From a phage: a stretch of 49,995 bases of DNA. The DNA is taken from the sequence record NC_105507.1; one strand, given 5' to 3'. The position numbers were made by a program, and so were the translations under genes. Below, piece by piece: positions 8,810 to 16,788 of this stretch (its first letter is position 1; each line of letters begins with the position of its first letter). Below the pieces are notes generated by a model. That model saw only the letters and a program-made list of their open reading frames with translations, ran no database searches and was not told the DNA's origin.

Positions 8810-10386
8810 CCCAGCAGTATTGGATTGACAAAAATAACACCATTAATCACACAAACATAATTTCTTTCTTCCAGCATTGGCAGCAAGTGCCCTTCTATCC
8901 TCTTCATTACGCCAGCCTGACCAACGAAAGGTTTTACCTTTCTCGCTGATTCGTACAGGGCGCGAATATTCAGAATCCCTTTATTAGCCTTGCCGTGTCT
9001 AGTGATCAATTCAATCAATTTGCCCATTTCAGCATCATCACCAGCATAACCAGAAGCATTGGCGGCGCTAATGTATGTTTTGCTCAATTCCTGAAACATG
9101 ATCAACGCCTCTTGCATTGTTTCCACGTCGATCTCTTTCGACTTCTGCGGGTATCCAGCAGGATTAAACCAGTTGCGGATAACATGCAGGACGGAAGCAA
9201 GCCTGATCACCTGTTTATCCATTTTACCCAGCGCACCGCGTAACATTGTATGAGAATACTTTCCGCCGTCTGCAAGATGCGGTTCCATATCCTGGCGAGC
9301 AATGTTGAGCACTCGCATAGCTGAGCGGCTTATTTTCAGCGATATATTTGATTCGCTCATGATGTTATGCACCAATTGATAATATTGGGCCTTCAATTCA
9401 GGATCCACCGCCTCATAGGTAGAATCACCATTTTCATCAATGAATGAGCGACGGCCTAAGAATGATTCCTCACGGACCAACAAAAAGCGCTCACTCACAC
9501 CGATACCGCGCGATCCAGCGTCCATGATTCCGCTTATCGTTTCATCCTGGGCTATAACGCTCATACATCCAAGCGCGCGAAAACTCATGTTATTGTCAGC
9601 ATTAGCACGGGCAATTGATACGTGACCATTATCCCACGCCTTAAGCACTAGCTCGCTGTTAGTCTTCCTTTCGCTATTGGCATAGGTCAAGCCTAACAGG
9701 CTGTTAATACTTGTTGCTTCGTCAGATATTACGGCAAAGTTACCTTGCTTGTTGTTGATTTTCGCCAAGCCTTCTGGAGTTGTATCTGAAACAGGAAAAG
9801 TTATATCACACATTTTTTCCAGCTTTTCCTCCAGATCCTCTTTTTCCTGGTATAGAGATTCCATATCAGCGCCGGATCTTTCGCTTTTCATCTCCTTTGC
9901 AAGACCTGCCAGCTTTGCCTGTATTTTCTTTCTTTCCTTGCGGCGTTGCTCGTTGATCTTCTCAACTTCCGCAATCATCGGAGCAATAGCCATGCTGTTG
10001 ATCGCAGATTTACCAGTTGACGGCGGCTGGCTTGTAACGACGTAAAGCGCAGTCGGCTGATCGGTTCCGTGATAGTCAACCGTAAAGCGTCCAAGCATAG
10101 CGGCAGAAATGCAGCCGATAAAGTGCATGTAAGCCGATGATTCAGGGAATTGAACGGATCGCGCAATGCTGCGTGATAACTTGCCGACAACATCAATATC
10201 ATTACCAAGAGAAATAACGGGGTAGCGATCGTGACCGCTATTCACATCCTTTACGTCGCCCCAAAAGCTGGACGACTGGCGATAGCCGTTAGCCTGAATT
10301 GATACGCGAACTGGCGAAAGGTTCTGGCTTTCAGCCATAGCGATTATTTGTTGTGGAGTTAATTTGTTCGTTTCTAATGAAAACAT
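8806..10386 (-). CDS. P-loop NTPase-like protein (SF3-helicase-like Walker A/B), function unknown
   Basis: PPSTGKS Walker A-like and FAVISDEA Walker B-like segments, coiled-coil insert; AAGGAG RBS. Confidence 0.6.
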   Translation of the reverse strand: MFSLETNKLTPQQIIAMAESQNLSPVRVSIQANGYRQSSSFWGDVKDVNSGHDRYPVISLGNDIDVVGKLSRSIARSVQFPESSAYMHFIGCISAAMLGRFTVDYHGTDQPTALYVVTSQPPSTGKSAINSMAIAPMIAEVEKINEQRRKERKKIQAKLAGLAKEMKSERSGADMESLYQEKEDLEEKLEKMCDITFPVSDTTPEGLAKINNKQGNFAVISDEATSINSLLGLTYANSERKTNSELVLKAWDNGHVSIARANADNNMSFRALGCMSVIAQDETISGIMDAGSRGIGVSERFLLVREESFLGRRSFIDENGDSTYEAVDPELKAQYYQLVHNIMSESNISLKISRSAMRVLNIARQDMEPHLADGGKYSHTMLRGALGKMDKQVIRLASVLHVIRNWFNPAGYPQKSKEIDVETMQEALIMFQELSKTYISAANASGYAGDDAEMGKLIELITRHGKANKGILNIRALYESARKVKPFVGQAGVMKRIEGHLLPMLEERNYVCVINGVIFVNPILLG

Positions 10387-10414
10387 TCGTTAGCTTCTCC
10401 TTTGTGGGCCGTAA

Positions 10415-10457
10415 ATTTTAACGGCCCAATACTACCCCGTTTTGTCAAAAAGTGCTA
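10415..10457 (-). promoter_or_regulatory. TAGCAC-box promoter-like cassette
   Basis: box variant containing TTGACA; TAAAAT in loop of GGGCCGT/ACGGCCC hairpin at 22-bp spacing. Confidence 0.55.
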
Positions 10458-10676
10458 TTTGATCCGCTCTATTGCAACCAGAAGTCGATCAGGCTGGCGG
10501 TCGCTGTAGCATTCTCCTGTAATCCCATCCTTAAACGTAAAGTAAAGCGCCTTATGATATGAAAAACCAATCAGCCAACCTACCGCCGTTTTTTTGATGG
10601 GCCTGACTATATCGCCAGGATTGAAAGTCTTTGTGGTAGAATGCGTTACTTTGTAACGGTTTTCACTGTTTATCAC
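10455..10676 (-). CDS. hypothetical protein
   Basis: ORF in leftward early cluster. Confidence 0.5.
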   Translation of the reverse strand: MINSENRYKVTHSTTKTFNPGDIVRPIKKTAVGWLIGFSYHKALYFTFKDGITGECYSDRQPDRLLVAIERIK

Positions 10677-11059
10677 AGATATTTGCCCTCAAACAGATAA
10701 CAGCCGCCAGCAGAGAATCCGACCTCTTCACGGTACAGGTTCCAGCGGTCGCCGCACTCATCAAAAACATAACCCGCAACGCTTCCAAGCGGTCGCCCTT
10801 TCTCGATCTGGTATCGCTTGCCCTGCTTAAAGTGCTTTTTACACGGCATGTTATGATCTACAAACGTGCAAAGAACGGTCTTTGTGTTAATGGCGCGGTA
10901 ATCATCTCTGTTTGCTGGAAGCCAACGGCTACCCTTAACAAGCGTCTTAACCTGGAACTCTTCCAACTCGATCACATCATTACTTCCTGCAATCTTCTGA
11001 TAAACCGTTTTAAAACGGCCTTTCATCAATACGTTGGTTTCATTACAGATAACATTCAT
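10673..11059 (-). CDS. hypothetical protein
   Basis: ORF with GGAG RBS downstream of box cassette. Confidence 0.55.
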   Translation of the reverse strand: MNVICNETNVLMKGRFKTVYQKIAGSNDVIELEEFQVKTLVKGSRWLPANRDDYRAINTKTVLCTFVDHNMPCKKHFKQGKRYQIEKGRPLGSVAGYVFDECGDRWNLYREEVGFSAGGCYLFEGKYL

Positions 11060-11088
11060 GATTAGATCTCCTTTGTTTGTTCGATGTG

Positions 11089-11131
11089 ATTATGCCAGGT
11101 TTTTACACCTGGCTTTTAACAAAAAGTGCTA
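11089..11131 (-). promoter_or_regulatory. TAGCAC-box promoter-like cassette
   Basis: box, GCCAGG/CCTGGC hairpin, CATAAT. Confidence 0.55.
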
Positions 11132-11837
11132 TTTTGAGTTTGACTCAAATACGGCGCGAGCAAATCCGCGCGGAGTGAGGGAGCGGATCATCTTTGTGCG
11201 TGATGAATTGCCGCCAGTTTTGGCCCAGCCTGGATTATCTTTGTCTTTCTCTTTCGGCAGGATTAAAGCACGTGGAGGAATAACAAAGCCGTTGCCAGTC
11301 CAGAGGCATGTTTTCTTAAAGTAGCGATCCCGCGCCGGAATAATATCAGGGAAGTCGGGATGTTTATCATCTTCCGGCAGATAGCCAGCGTAATCGCACG
11401 GATGGAACGTATAATCAGGTTTTCGCCATAACGTTGACAACTTGCCAACCGGATTTTCGATCATGTAAGGAACACCGAAATAATCAGCTATATCAGCCGC
11501 GATTCTGCAAGTGTCGGCGGCCTCATCCTGGAACGATGGATTCTCAAGGCGTTTTTTGGCCCAATGGCGAGATCCGCTATTTGCAAGGTCGGTGCAAGGA
11601 GGGAACGCCATAATAAAATCAGGATTGCCCCACTCATTATTGATTGCCTTAACATAAAAAGCATCATCAATCCAGACGTTAACGTATTCGATATTCTCAT
11701 GCTGTATGCGCACTGACTGGTAATCACCGTGATCGCCGCCGTCAGCATTAAAGCAAATGCACTTATATCCATTATCAGCCCAATCTTTAACGGCTTTACC
11801 AGATCCATCAAATAGGGAGAATATTAAACCTTTATAC
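11129..11837 (-). CDS. SAM-dependent DNA methyltransferase-like protein (cytosine-5 type motifs)
   Basis: FSLFDGSG (motif I-like), FPPC (PC dipeptide), ENP (ENV-like); start set to second ATG after GAGG. Confidence 0.45.
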
Positions 11838-11849
11838 ATCGTCATTACC

Positions 11850-12074
11850 TCAAAACGGAAAACAGCGCGGACAACCAGGATCGAAATCGCATCCACAATC
11901 ATTAACAATCATAGTGGGATCTGCAAATATTGCGCTTGATTCAAGATCCATATCCATATCACCTAAAGCCTCATCAAGACTCTTAATTTTATATGCCACT
12001 TCAAGCGCCGCCTCTTTATTTAGTCCGGCATCTTCTGCCATTTGAAGGCGCTCAAAAAATCCGTCTTGACTCAT
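11850..12074 (-). CDS. acidic small protein with C-terminal Cys cluster
   Basis: D/E-rich 74-aa ORF ending CGCDFDPGCPRC. Confidence 0.5.
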   Translation of the reverse strand: MSQDGFFERLQMAEDAGLNKEAALEVAYKIKSLDEALGDMDMDLESSAIFADPTMIVNDCGCDFDPGCPRCFPF

Positions 12075-12187
12075 CGCATAATCCCCTTAATAACAGCCAA
12101 GATAATAGCCAGGCCAGCAGCAGTAACCAAAAAGCCAACCGCGCCAATAATCGAATAAAAAAAGAAATCAATAGCCTTATCTATCAT
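12071..12187 (-). CDS. small hydrophobic membrane peptide (38 aa)
   Basis: below track cutoff; ATGA stop-start overlap with downstream gene. Confidence 0.35.
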   Translation of the reverse strand: MIDKAIDFFFYSIIGAVGFLVTAAGLAIILAVIKGIMR

Positions 12188-12228
12188 TTCCACCTCATTT
12201 AAAAGGCGGCAAAACGCCGCCATATTAA

Positions 12229-12456
12229 TTAAAGAGCACGCCAACTTTGAATATAGAAAGCGTTTTCTTCCAGTAATTCTTTTAACTGATCTCTATTGTA
12301 TTTGCGCACCTTACCGCCTGGATGGATACCAATAAGATAGCCGCCTTTGCCCTCGGTGATAGTGATTTGGCTAATTCCGCAAGACTTATCAAGTTTTACA
12401 GCCACGCGGTGATGAGCGTCAATAGTTGCCATAATGTTTAAAACTTTTGCTTTCAT
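12229..12456 (-). CDS. hypothetical protein
   Basis: ORF in leftward early cluster. Confidence 0.5.
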   Translation of the reverse strand: MKAKVLNIMATIDAHHRVAVKLDKSCGISQITITEGKGGYLIGIHPGGKVRKYNRDQLKELLEENAFYIQSWRAL

Positions 12457-12564
12457 TTAAATATCCTCAATTGAAATATGAATGGCGCCGTGCTCTTTTT
12501 CCGTCGCCGCCGTAATGGTCATTTGCAGCCGATACCATCCAGGCATTTTTGAAAATAAATAGCC

Positions 12565-12777
12565 TCATTTCTTATTTTTCATCTTAAATTTATGGCCTGG
12601 AACACCAGCACCAATATAGCCATCGTTGTATTCCATTAAATAAAGGTGAAGGCCATTATCTGAAATTACATGAGGATCTTCTTTGAGATTTCCCATTAGC
12701 GGGTATTCTTTTCCGCGCGTAAATCTCCAATTTGAGTTATAAGTTTCTACGCATTTAAGTTTTAATTGCTTTGCCAT
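12565..12777 (-). CDS. hypothetical protein
   Basis: ORF in leftward early cluster. Confidence 0.5.
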   Translation of the reverse strand: MAKQLKLKCVETYNSNWRFTRGKEYPLMGNLKEDPHVISDNGLHLYLMEYNDGYIGAGVPGHKFKMKNKK

Positions 12778-12974
12778 TAGATGATCTCCATGTATGTTTC
12801 AAAGCCATTTAACTTGAACAGGCCGTTTTCACATTTGCGAACGTTCCAAGTTAGCCCTGAGTGGTACGCCTCCATATCATCAAGGTCAATGGTGATTTCA
12901 GCACCTTTCTTAAACAAACATTTTTCGTGAGACTTGTCGCGCTTAACAACTTTAACATCAACCTGATTTTCCAT
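12777..12974 (-). CDS. hypothetical protein
   Basis: start moved to ATG 12974 with GAGGA RBS; track GTG start at 13025 would overlap the box cassette. Confidence 0.5.
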   Translation of the reverse strand: MENQVDVKVVKRDKSHEKCLFKKGAEITIDLDDMEAYHSGLTWNVRKCENGLFKLNGFETYMEII

Positions 12975-13005
12975 CTTTAAATCCTCGCTTGTTGTCGATG
13001 GGTGT

Positions 13006-13048
13006 AATATACCATTCAGGCGCACATCGTTTTTAACAAAAAGTGCTA
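13006..13048 (-). promoter_or_regulatory. TAGCAC-box promoter-like cassette
   Basis: box (TTGTTAAAAAC variant), TATATT at 22-bp spacing. Confidence 0.5.
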
Positions 13049-13049
13049 T

Positions 13050-13313
13050 TTAGTCCAGAAATTCGATTTCACGCTCTCCAGTTAACGGATCTACAAGCCA
13101 GAATCCTAGCGGTTCGCCGTGAACACCGCCATAGAATCCAAGAGCCGTCAGATCTTCACCTTTAACGAATACCAGGTTTCCGCTACGGCTTACGTGAGAC
13201 ACGTTAACGATAACCGGAAATGTGCGATCCTTAAATGCAGGCCGCAGGGCGTAACATCCGTTGTTGAGCAAACGTGCTTTGCGCTTAACTGGAATAGGTG
13301 CATTAATTTTCAT
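13050..13313 (-). CDS. hypothetical protein
   Basis: ORF in leftward early cluster. Confidence 0.55.
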   Translation of the reverse strand: MKINAPIPVKRKARLLNNGCYALRPAFKDRTFPVIVNVSHVSRSGNLVFVKGEDLTALGFYGGVHGEPLGFWLVDPLTGEREIEFLD

Positions 13314-13325
13314 GGTTATTACTCC

Positions 13326-13538
13326 TTATCGTAAAGATTTAAAGACGTATAGTTTATTGCGGTAACTATATATCCGCATTGTTATTTCTCGCAGCGCAAT
13401 ATATTCCTTCCTGTTTTCCGGCAGACTGGCGAGCAACAACAGGCAGTATTTATAAGCGCGGTCAAGATTCCTTTCCGTGCCCCTGCAATATCCCTTGTTG
13501 CGCCTGGAGCGGCACAGCCATAACAATTTCTTGAACAT
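13326..13538 (-). CDS. hypothetical basic Cys-containing protein (doubtful)
   Basis: shorter version of track ORF 13326..13724; ATG 1 nt after upstream stop. Confidence 0.3.
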   Translation of the reverse strand: MFKKLLWLCRSRRNKGYCRGTERNLDRAYKYCLLLLASLPENRKEYIALREITMRIYSYRNKLYVFKSLR

Positions 13539-13539
13539 T

Positions 13540-13749
13540 TCAGATCCGCCCATACAGATCGCAAACTTCGTTGATAAAACAGCGTTGAGACTCTTTATCC
13601 TGCTTCTCAAACATCGCACGGCACTCATAGCGGTGATTATGCACGATGACAACAACCATATTTTCAGGCGCTGACGGGTGACGCGCGGAAGCGTCGCAGA
13701 TTGAAACATCCATACCCATCTCACGGGCTTTCTTGATCACATCCAACAT
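13540..13749 (-). CDS. hypothetical protein
   Basis: first ATG with AGGAG RBS; track ORF begins at TTG 13773. Confidence 0.45.
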   Translation of the reverse strand: MLDVIKKAREMGMDVSICDASARHPSAPENMVVVIVHNHRYECRAMFEKQDKESQRCFINEVCDLYGRI

Positions 13750-14003
13750 TTTTTCTTCTCCTGCAATAAGCAAACATCATTGATAAAATCAGCACGGCCC
13801 TTAATGTTGCTGATGTGGAACGTCTTTTCAGCGTACAGGCCATCACCTTCAATCACGATCATTACGCGAGTCGGTTTATTCACGGGCGCACGAGAAAAGA
13901 GTGGTCGCACCGGAAGAAATTTAGTCATCACATCAAGGTTAGCCCTGGCGGCCCTGCAAAACGCCTCCGCCAGATCCAAATCATTTTCGGTAATCACCGC
14001 CAT
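13737..14003 (-). CDS. hypothetical protein
   Basis: ORF in leftward early cluster. Confidence 0.5.
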   Translation of the reverse strand: MAVITENDLDLAEAFCRAARANLDVMTKFLPVRPLFSRAPVNKPTRVMIVIEGDGLYAEKTFHISNIKGRADFINDVCLLQEKKKCWM

Positions 14004-14275
14004 TACTTCTTAATCTCCTTACTGATAAATTTCAGCACCTGGCGCAAGAAAACCTCGTTGTTGATAGTCGCTGGCAATTCTTCTTTCACTTCTTGCGGCA
14101 GATAGATATTGCCGTGCCAGGTCAAGCAATCGTAGTTGATACGATAAGAGCAAAGCCACTCGCAATCGTTATCTGCTTCCCATATGCAGAGTTGCAGAAC
14201 ATCGCCAAAATCTTCAACAGTCAGATCCAGACCGTGACGCTTAGCGAAATTGAAAGTGGTTTTGCTGATGTTCAT
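14003..14275 (-). CDS. hypothetical protein (first gene of leftward early operon)
   Basis: AGGAG RBS; directly downstream of box cassette. Confidence 0.55.
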   Translation of the reverse strand: MNISKTTFNFAKRHGLDLTVEDFGDVLQLCIWEADNDCEWLCSYRINYDCLTWHGNIYLPQEVKEELPATINNEVFLRQVLKFISKEIKK

Positions 14276-14310
14276 TTACTATCTCCTGAGCGGTTCGTTT
14301 CGATGTGTGT

Positions 14311-14353
14311 AATGTACCCGATCAGGCGGCCTGAGTTTTAACAAAAAGCGCTA
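14311..14353 (-). promoter_or_regulatory. TAGCAC-box promoter-like cassette (leftward early)
   Basis: box variant TAGCGC, TCAGG/CCTGA hairpin, TACATT at 22-bp spacing. Confidence 0.5.
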
Positions 14354-14383
14354 TTTGACGGTTAGCACCAGGATTGTGATCGA

Positions 14384-14474
14384 AATAATCAAAAGTAATC
14401 ATTCGTAATCAAATCACGTCAAAATGATGATTGCCTTTGCAAATTTGATGAGAAAAGTAATCACGTTTAATCAT
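14384..14474. repeat. phased iteron-like array (TAATCA x5)
   Basis: TAATC at about 14386, 14396, 14406 (10-bp phasing) and 14458, 14468. Confidence 0.5.
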
Positions 14475-14649
14475 TGGTTGCAGTGGAGATAGTGAAACCT
14501 TCCCCTCTTGCCTCACTTTTCCGCCTGGCTGTCAGTGGTTGTTGTCTTTTGTTCACCCCTGTTACCGATTTCAGGCGGCGTGTTTCCGCGCGGTTTTCCG
14601 GTGTAGCGAAAACGGAAAAAACAAAGAAAATCCTCTATAATACATTGAA

Positions 14650-14810
14650 AATAAAGATTATTTATTTATATATATCTATAATGTTTTCTTTTTGTTCTCA
14701 CTGTTACAGTGCTTTTTGTTGGTTATGGTGTGGTTGTGTGTGGGTATATATGGATAGTTGCGCGCGCGGCGGATTGCATATGTATATATACTTTTTCCGG
14801 CGGATTGCGT
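14650..14810. repeat. AT/GT-rich intergenic element, copy A (homologous to 44060-44205)
   Basis: shared blocks TTTATTTATTTA, T-rich CTTGTT, GT-rich GGTT repeats, CATRTGTATRTATATA..CCGGCG; contains direct repeat CGGCGGATTGC x2. Confidence 0.5.
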
Positions 14811-14909
14811 TAACAGCGTGAACAGAAAAATAACAGCCGCGAAATCAATAACTTGCGCATGATTTTGTAGTTTTTCGATATTGGTAACGTTTTGAATACA
14901 ACAAAAACA

Positions 14910-14937
14910 TTGACACGCACCAAATAGCTTTTATAAT
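14910..14937 (+). promoter_or_regulatory. consensus sigma70-type promoter (rightward early)
   Basis: TTGACA-16 bp-TATAAT, about 30 bp upstream of RBS/ATG 14969. Confidence 0.7.
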
Positions 14938-14968
14938 GCGCCAACAGTCAACAACTGGAGGAAAGGAA

Positions 14969-15430
14969 ATGGAACAGAAGACCACTAAGGACTATTGCGA
15001 TTGGCTTCGCGAGCTTGGTCGCCGCCTGGCTAGTGGCGATATTGAAGAGTATAAAATGTCACTAATTGACCTGGCCGGAATGTTAAGCGGTGACGACTGC
15101 TACAAGATCACGCGCAGTTCATCCTACAGCCGGACCATTATCAACCGCGTTCCAGAAGTAAGGGCCGCAGGTCGGGTAAGCATCAAGGTAGAGGAAACGG
15201 AAGATGATAAATTTTACGTTTTCCGCATGGTCCGAGAATCGAAAAGGAAAATCATCACGCCAGAAGAATTGCCAGCCATCAAGGCAAGGGCGATCAAAAA
15301 GTTTGCCGATCGCTTACTGGCAGCAATCCCGAATATCGTTGACCTGGAAGGGGATAAACTGGCTGGGGCTTGCGAGGGCGTAAGCCGCTACCAGGATATG
15401 ATCCGCGAAATCATCAAAGAGGAAGAGTAA
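14969..15430 (+). CDS. hypothetical protein (first rightward early gene)
   Basis: GGAGG RBS 7 nt before ATG 14969; track ORF start 14936 lies inside the -10. Confidence 0.55.
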   Translation: MEQKTTKDYCDWLRELGRRLASGDIEEYKMSLIDLAGMLSGDDCYKITRSSSYSRTIINRVPEVRAAGRVSIKVEETEDDKFYVFRMVRESKRKIITPEELPAIKARAIKKFADRLLAAIPNIVDLEGDKLAGACEGVSRYQDMIREIIKEEE

Positions 15431-15702
15431 TGAAAAAGGCATTAATCAGCGTTTTGGCGGCAATGGCATTCCTGACCGGATGCAAAGAAAATGGCGCGCA
15501 TGTTGGCAATGTGCAGATGGCTAACCCTGGTGATGACTACAGCGTAAGGGAGCTATTCACCGCTGACGGTTGCACCGTTTACCGATTCTATGACGATCGC
15601 ACTGTTTACTTCACCAACTGCAAGGGCACTACTAGCCGGGAAGTGTCGAAAAGCAATGGCAAAGGCACGAAGACAGAACATATGACCGTCGAGACAAAAT
15701 AG
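15430..15702 (+). CDS. lipoprotein (candidate superinfection-exclusion/receptor-blocking)
   Basis: signal peptide with lipobox LTGC (MKKALISVLAAMAFLTGC); TAATG overlap with upstream gene. Confidence 0.7.
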   Translation: MKKALISVLAAMAFLTGCKENGAHVGNVQMANPGDDYSVRELFTADGCTVYRFYDDRTVYFTNCKGTTSREVSKSNGKGTKTEHMTVETK

Positions 15703-15742
15703 CACTTTTTGTTAAAACTCAAAAACGATAATCAGGCATAAT
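15700..15742 (+). promoter_or_regulatory. TAGCAC-box promoter-like cassette
   Basis: exact box overlapping TAG stop; CATAAT at 22-bp spacing. Confidence 0.5.
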
Positions 15743-15944
15743 ACACACATAGACGGGCGGCAAGGATTGCTGCGGGAGAGGAGCGACGCAGGGGCTTGAT
15801 CGAAGTGTCAGGATTCCCAACCGTGAGGCCAGAACTATCACACTCGCCACCAGGCAGAACGCTAGATAGGTCACTGAGCTGAGGCTACCGACGAAGTGAA
15901 GCCCGTCACCAAAGATTAAACGATTATTTATGTGAAAGGGGTTA
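15743..15944 (+). ncRNA. candidate structured non-coding RNA or long structured leader
   Basis: about 200 bp GC-rich stretch with no plus-strand ORF, downstream of box cassette; complementary GACGGGC/GCCCGTC about 160 nt apart. Confidence 0.3.
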
Positions 15945-16127
15945 ATGATGGATAAGATCATCAAAATGAGCGAAGCCAAGCCGGGAATGATGGTTAAGTT
16001 TGCTGGCAAATATCGCCTAGTGCTGGATAACTGCCGCAAAGAGAACATTCTTACCATTCGTGTAAATGGCAAGGCGCAGCTATTCGCCCCTAACGCAGAT
16101 ATTGACGTTGAAGTTAGAATTAAGTAA
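15945..16127 (+). CDS. hypothetical protein
   Basis: ORF with purine-rich RBS. Confidence 0.45.
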   Translation: MMDKIIKMSEAKPGMMVKFAGKYRLVLDNCRKENILTIRVNGKAQLFAPNADIDVEVRIK

Positions 16128-16142
16128 TCAGGAGAAAGCACC

Positions 16143-16715
16143 ATGTTAAAACTTGCTGACATTAAATTCCCGATCACCTTCCGCACGACTGGTGAGTCAA
16201 CGATTCGCTACACATCGCGCGAAAATGGCGTTTATAGCGATGGTACGAAATCATGGTTGAAAGTTGATTTCTTTGTCAACGGTCACAATAGACACAATCC
16301 GCACAACGAAGAGGATAAAGTGTACTACGTGGAAGACATTACAAAACACTTATTTGGAGAAACTCCATTCGGCGGCGGTAAGACGTCAATTCAAAAAATC
16401 ATTGGCGATGAGATCCACAAAGCGGCTACCGAAATGAAAGCGCCTGGAGGCTGGCGTATTGACAAGAGCGCATTTGCAAATCAAGAAATCGTAACGCAGG
16501 GCGCAATTGAAGATATGCCAGTTGCAGCCACTCTAAAAGGAGTCCGGCTTGATGACGGCACCTGGTATGAAGTAACGGCCACACCAAAGACGATCGAGAT
16601 TCATGATGACGTTGTTATCCTTCTGCTTCACTACGGCGGCTATAAAAACCGGACGATTGCAGGTGAGATCAGCATTAAGCGCGGAACGATGGTTAAGTGG
16701 AAGGTCAAAGTGTAA
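16143..16715 (+). CDS. hypothetical protein
   Basis: AGGAG RBS; 190-aa ORF. Confidence 0.6.
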   Translation: MLKLADIKFPITFRTTGESTIRYTSRENGVYSDGTKSWLKVDFFVNGHNRHNPHNEEDKVYYVEDITKHLFGETPFGGGKTSIQKIIGDEIHKAATEMKAPGGWRIDKSAFANQEIVTQGAIEDMPVAATLKGVRLDDGTWYEVTATPKTIEIHDDVVILLLHYGGYKNRTIAGEISIKRGTMVKWKVKV

Positions 16716-16716
16716 A

Positions 16717-16758
16717 TAGCACTTTTTGTTAAAACTCAAATGTGGGGCCAGGTATAAT
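16717..16758 (+). promoter_or_regulatory. TAGCAC-box promoter-like cassette
   Basis: exact box; TATAAT in loop of GGGCC/GGCCC hairpin (21-bp spacing). Confidence 0.55.
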
Positions 16759-16788
16759 GGCCCTACTTTCAACGAAGGAGATAAAACG

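Noticed and set aside
13326-13724. Long 132-aa version of the minus-strand ORF
   Set aside because: Its upstream two-thirds overlap the 13540..13749 gene in another frame; only the 3' portion (13326..13538) was kept, at low confidence.
15743-15944. tRNA gene in the GC-rich non-coding stretch
   Set aside because: No GTTCRANYC T-loop or cloverleaf-compatible pairing found by eye; retained only as an unclassified candidate structured RNA.
15719-16186. Minus-strand ORF of 155 aa
   Set aside because: Antisense to two well-supported plus-strand genes and to the GC-rich non-coding stretch; no RBS; likely an artefact of GC-rich sequence.
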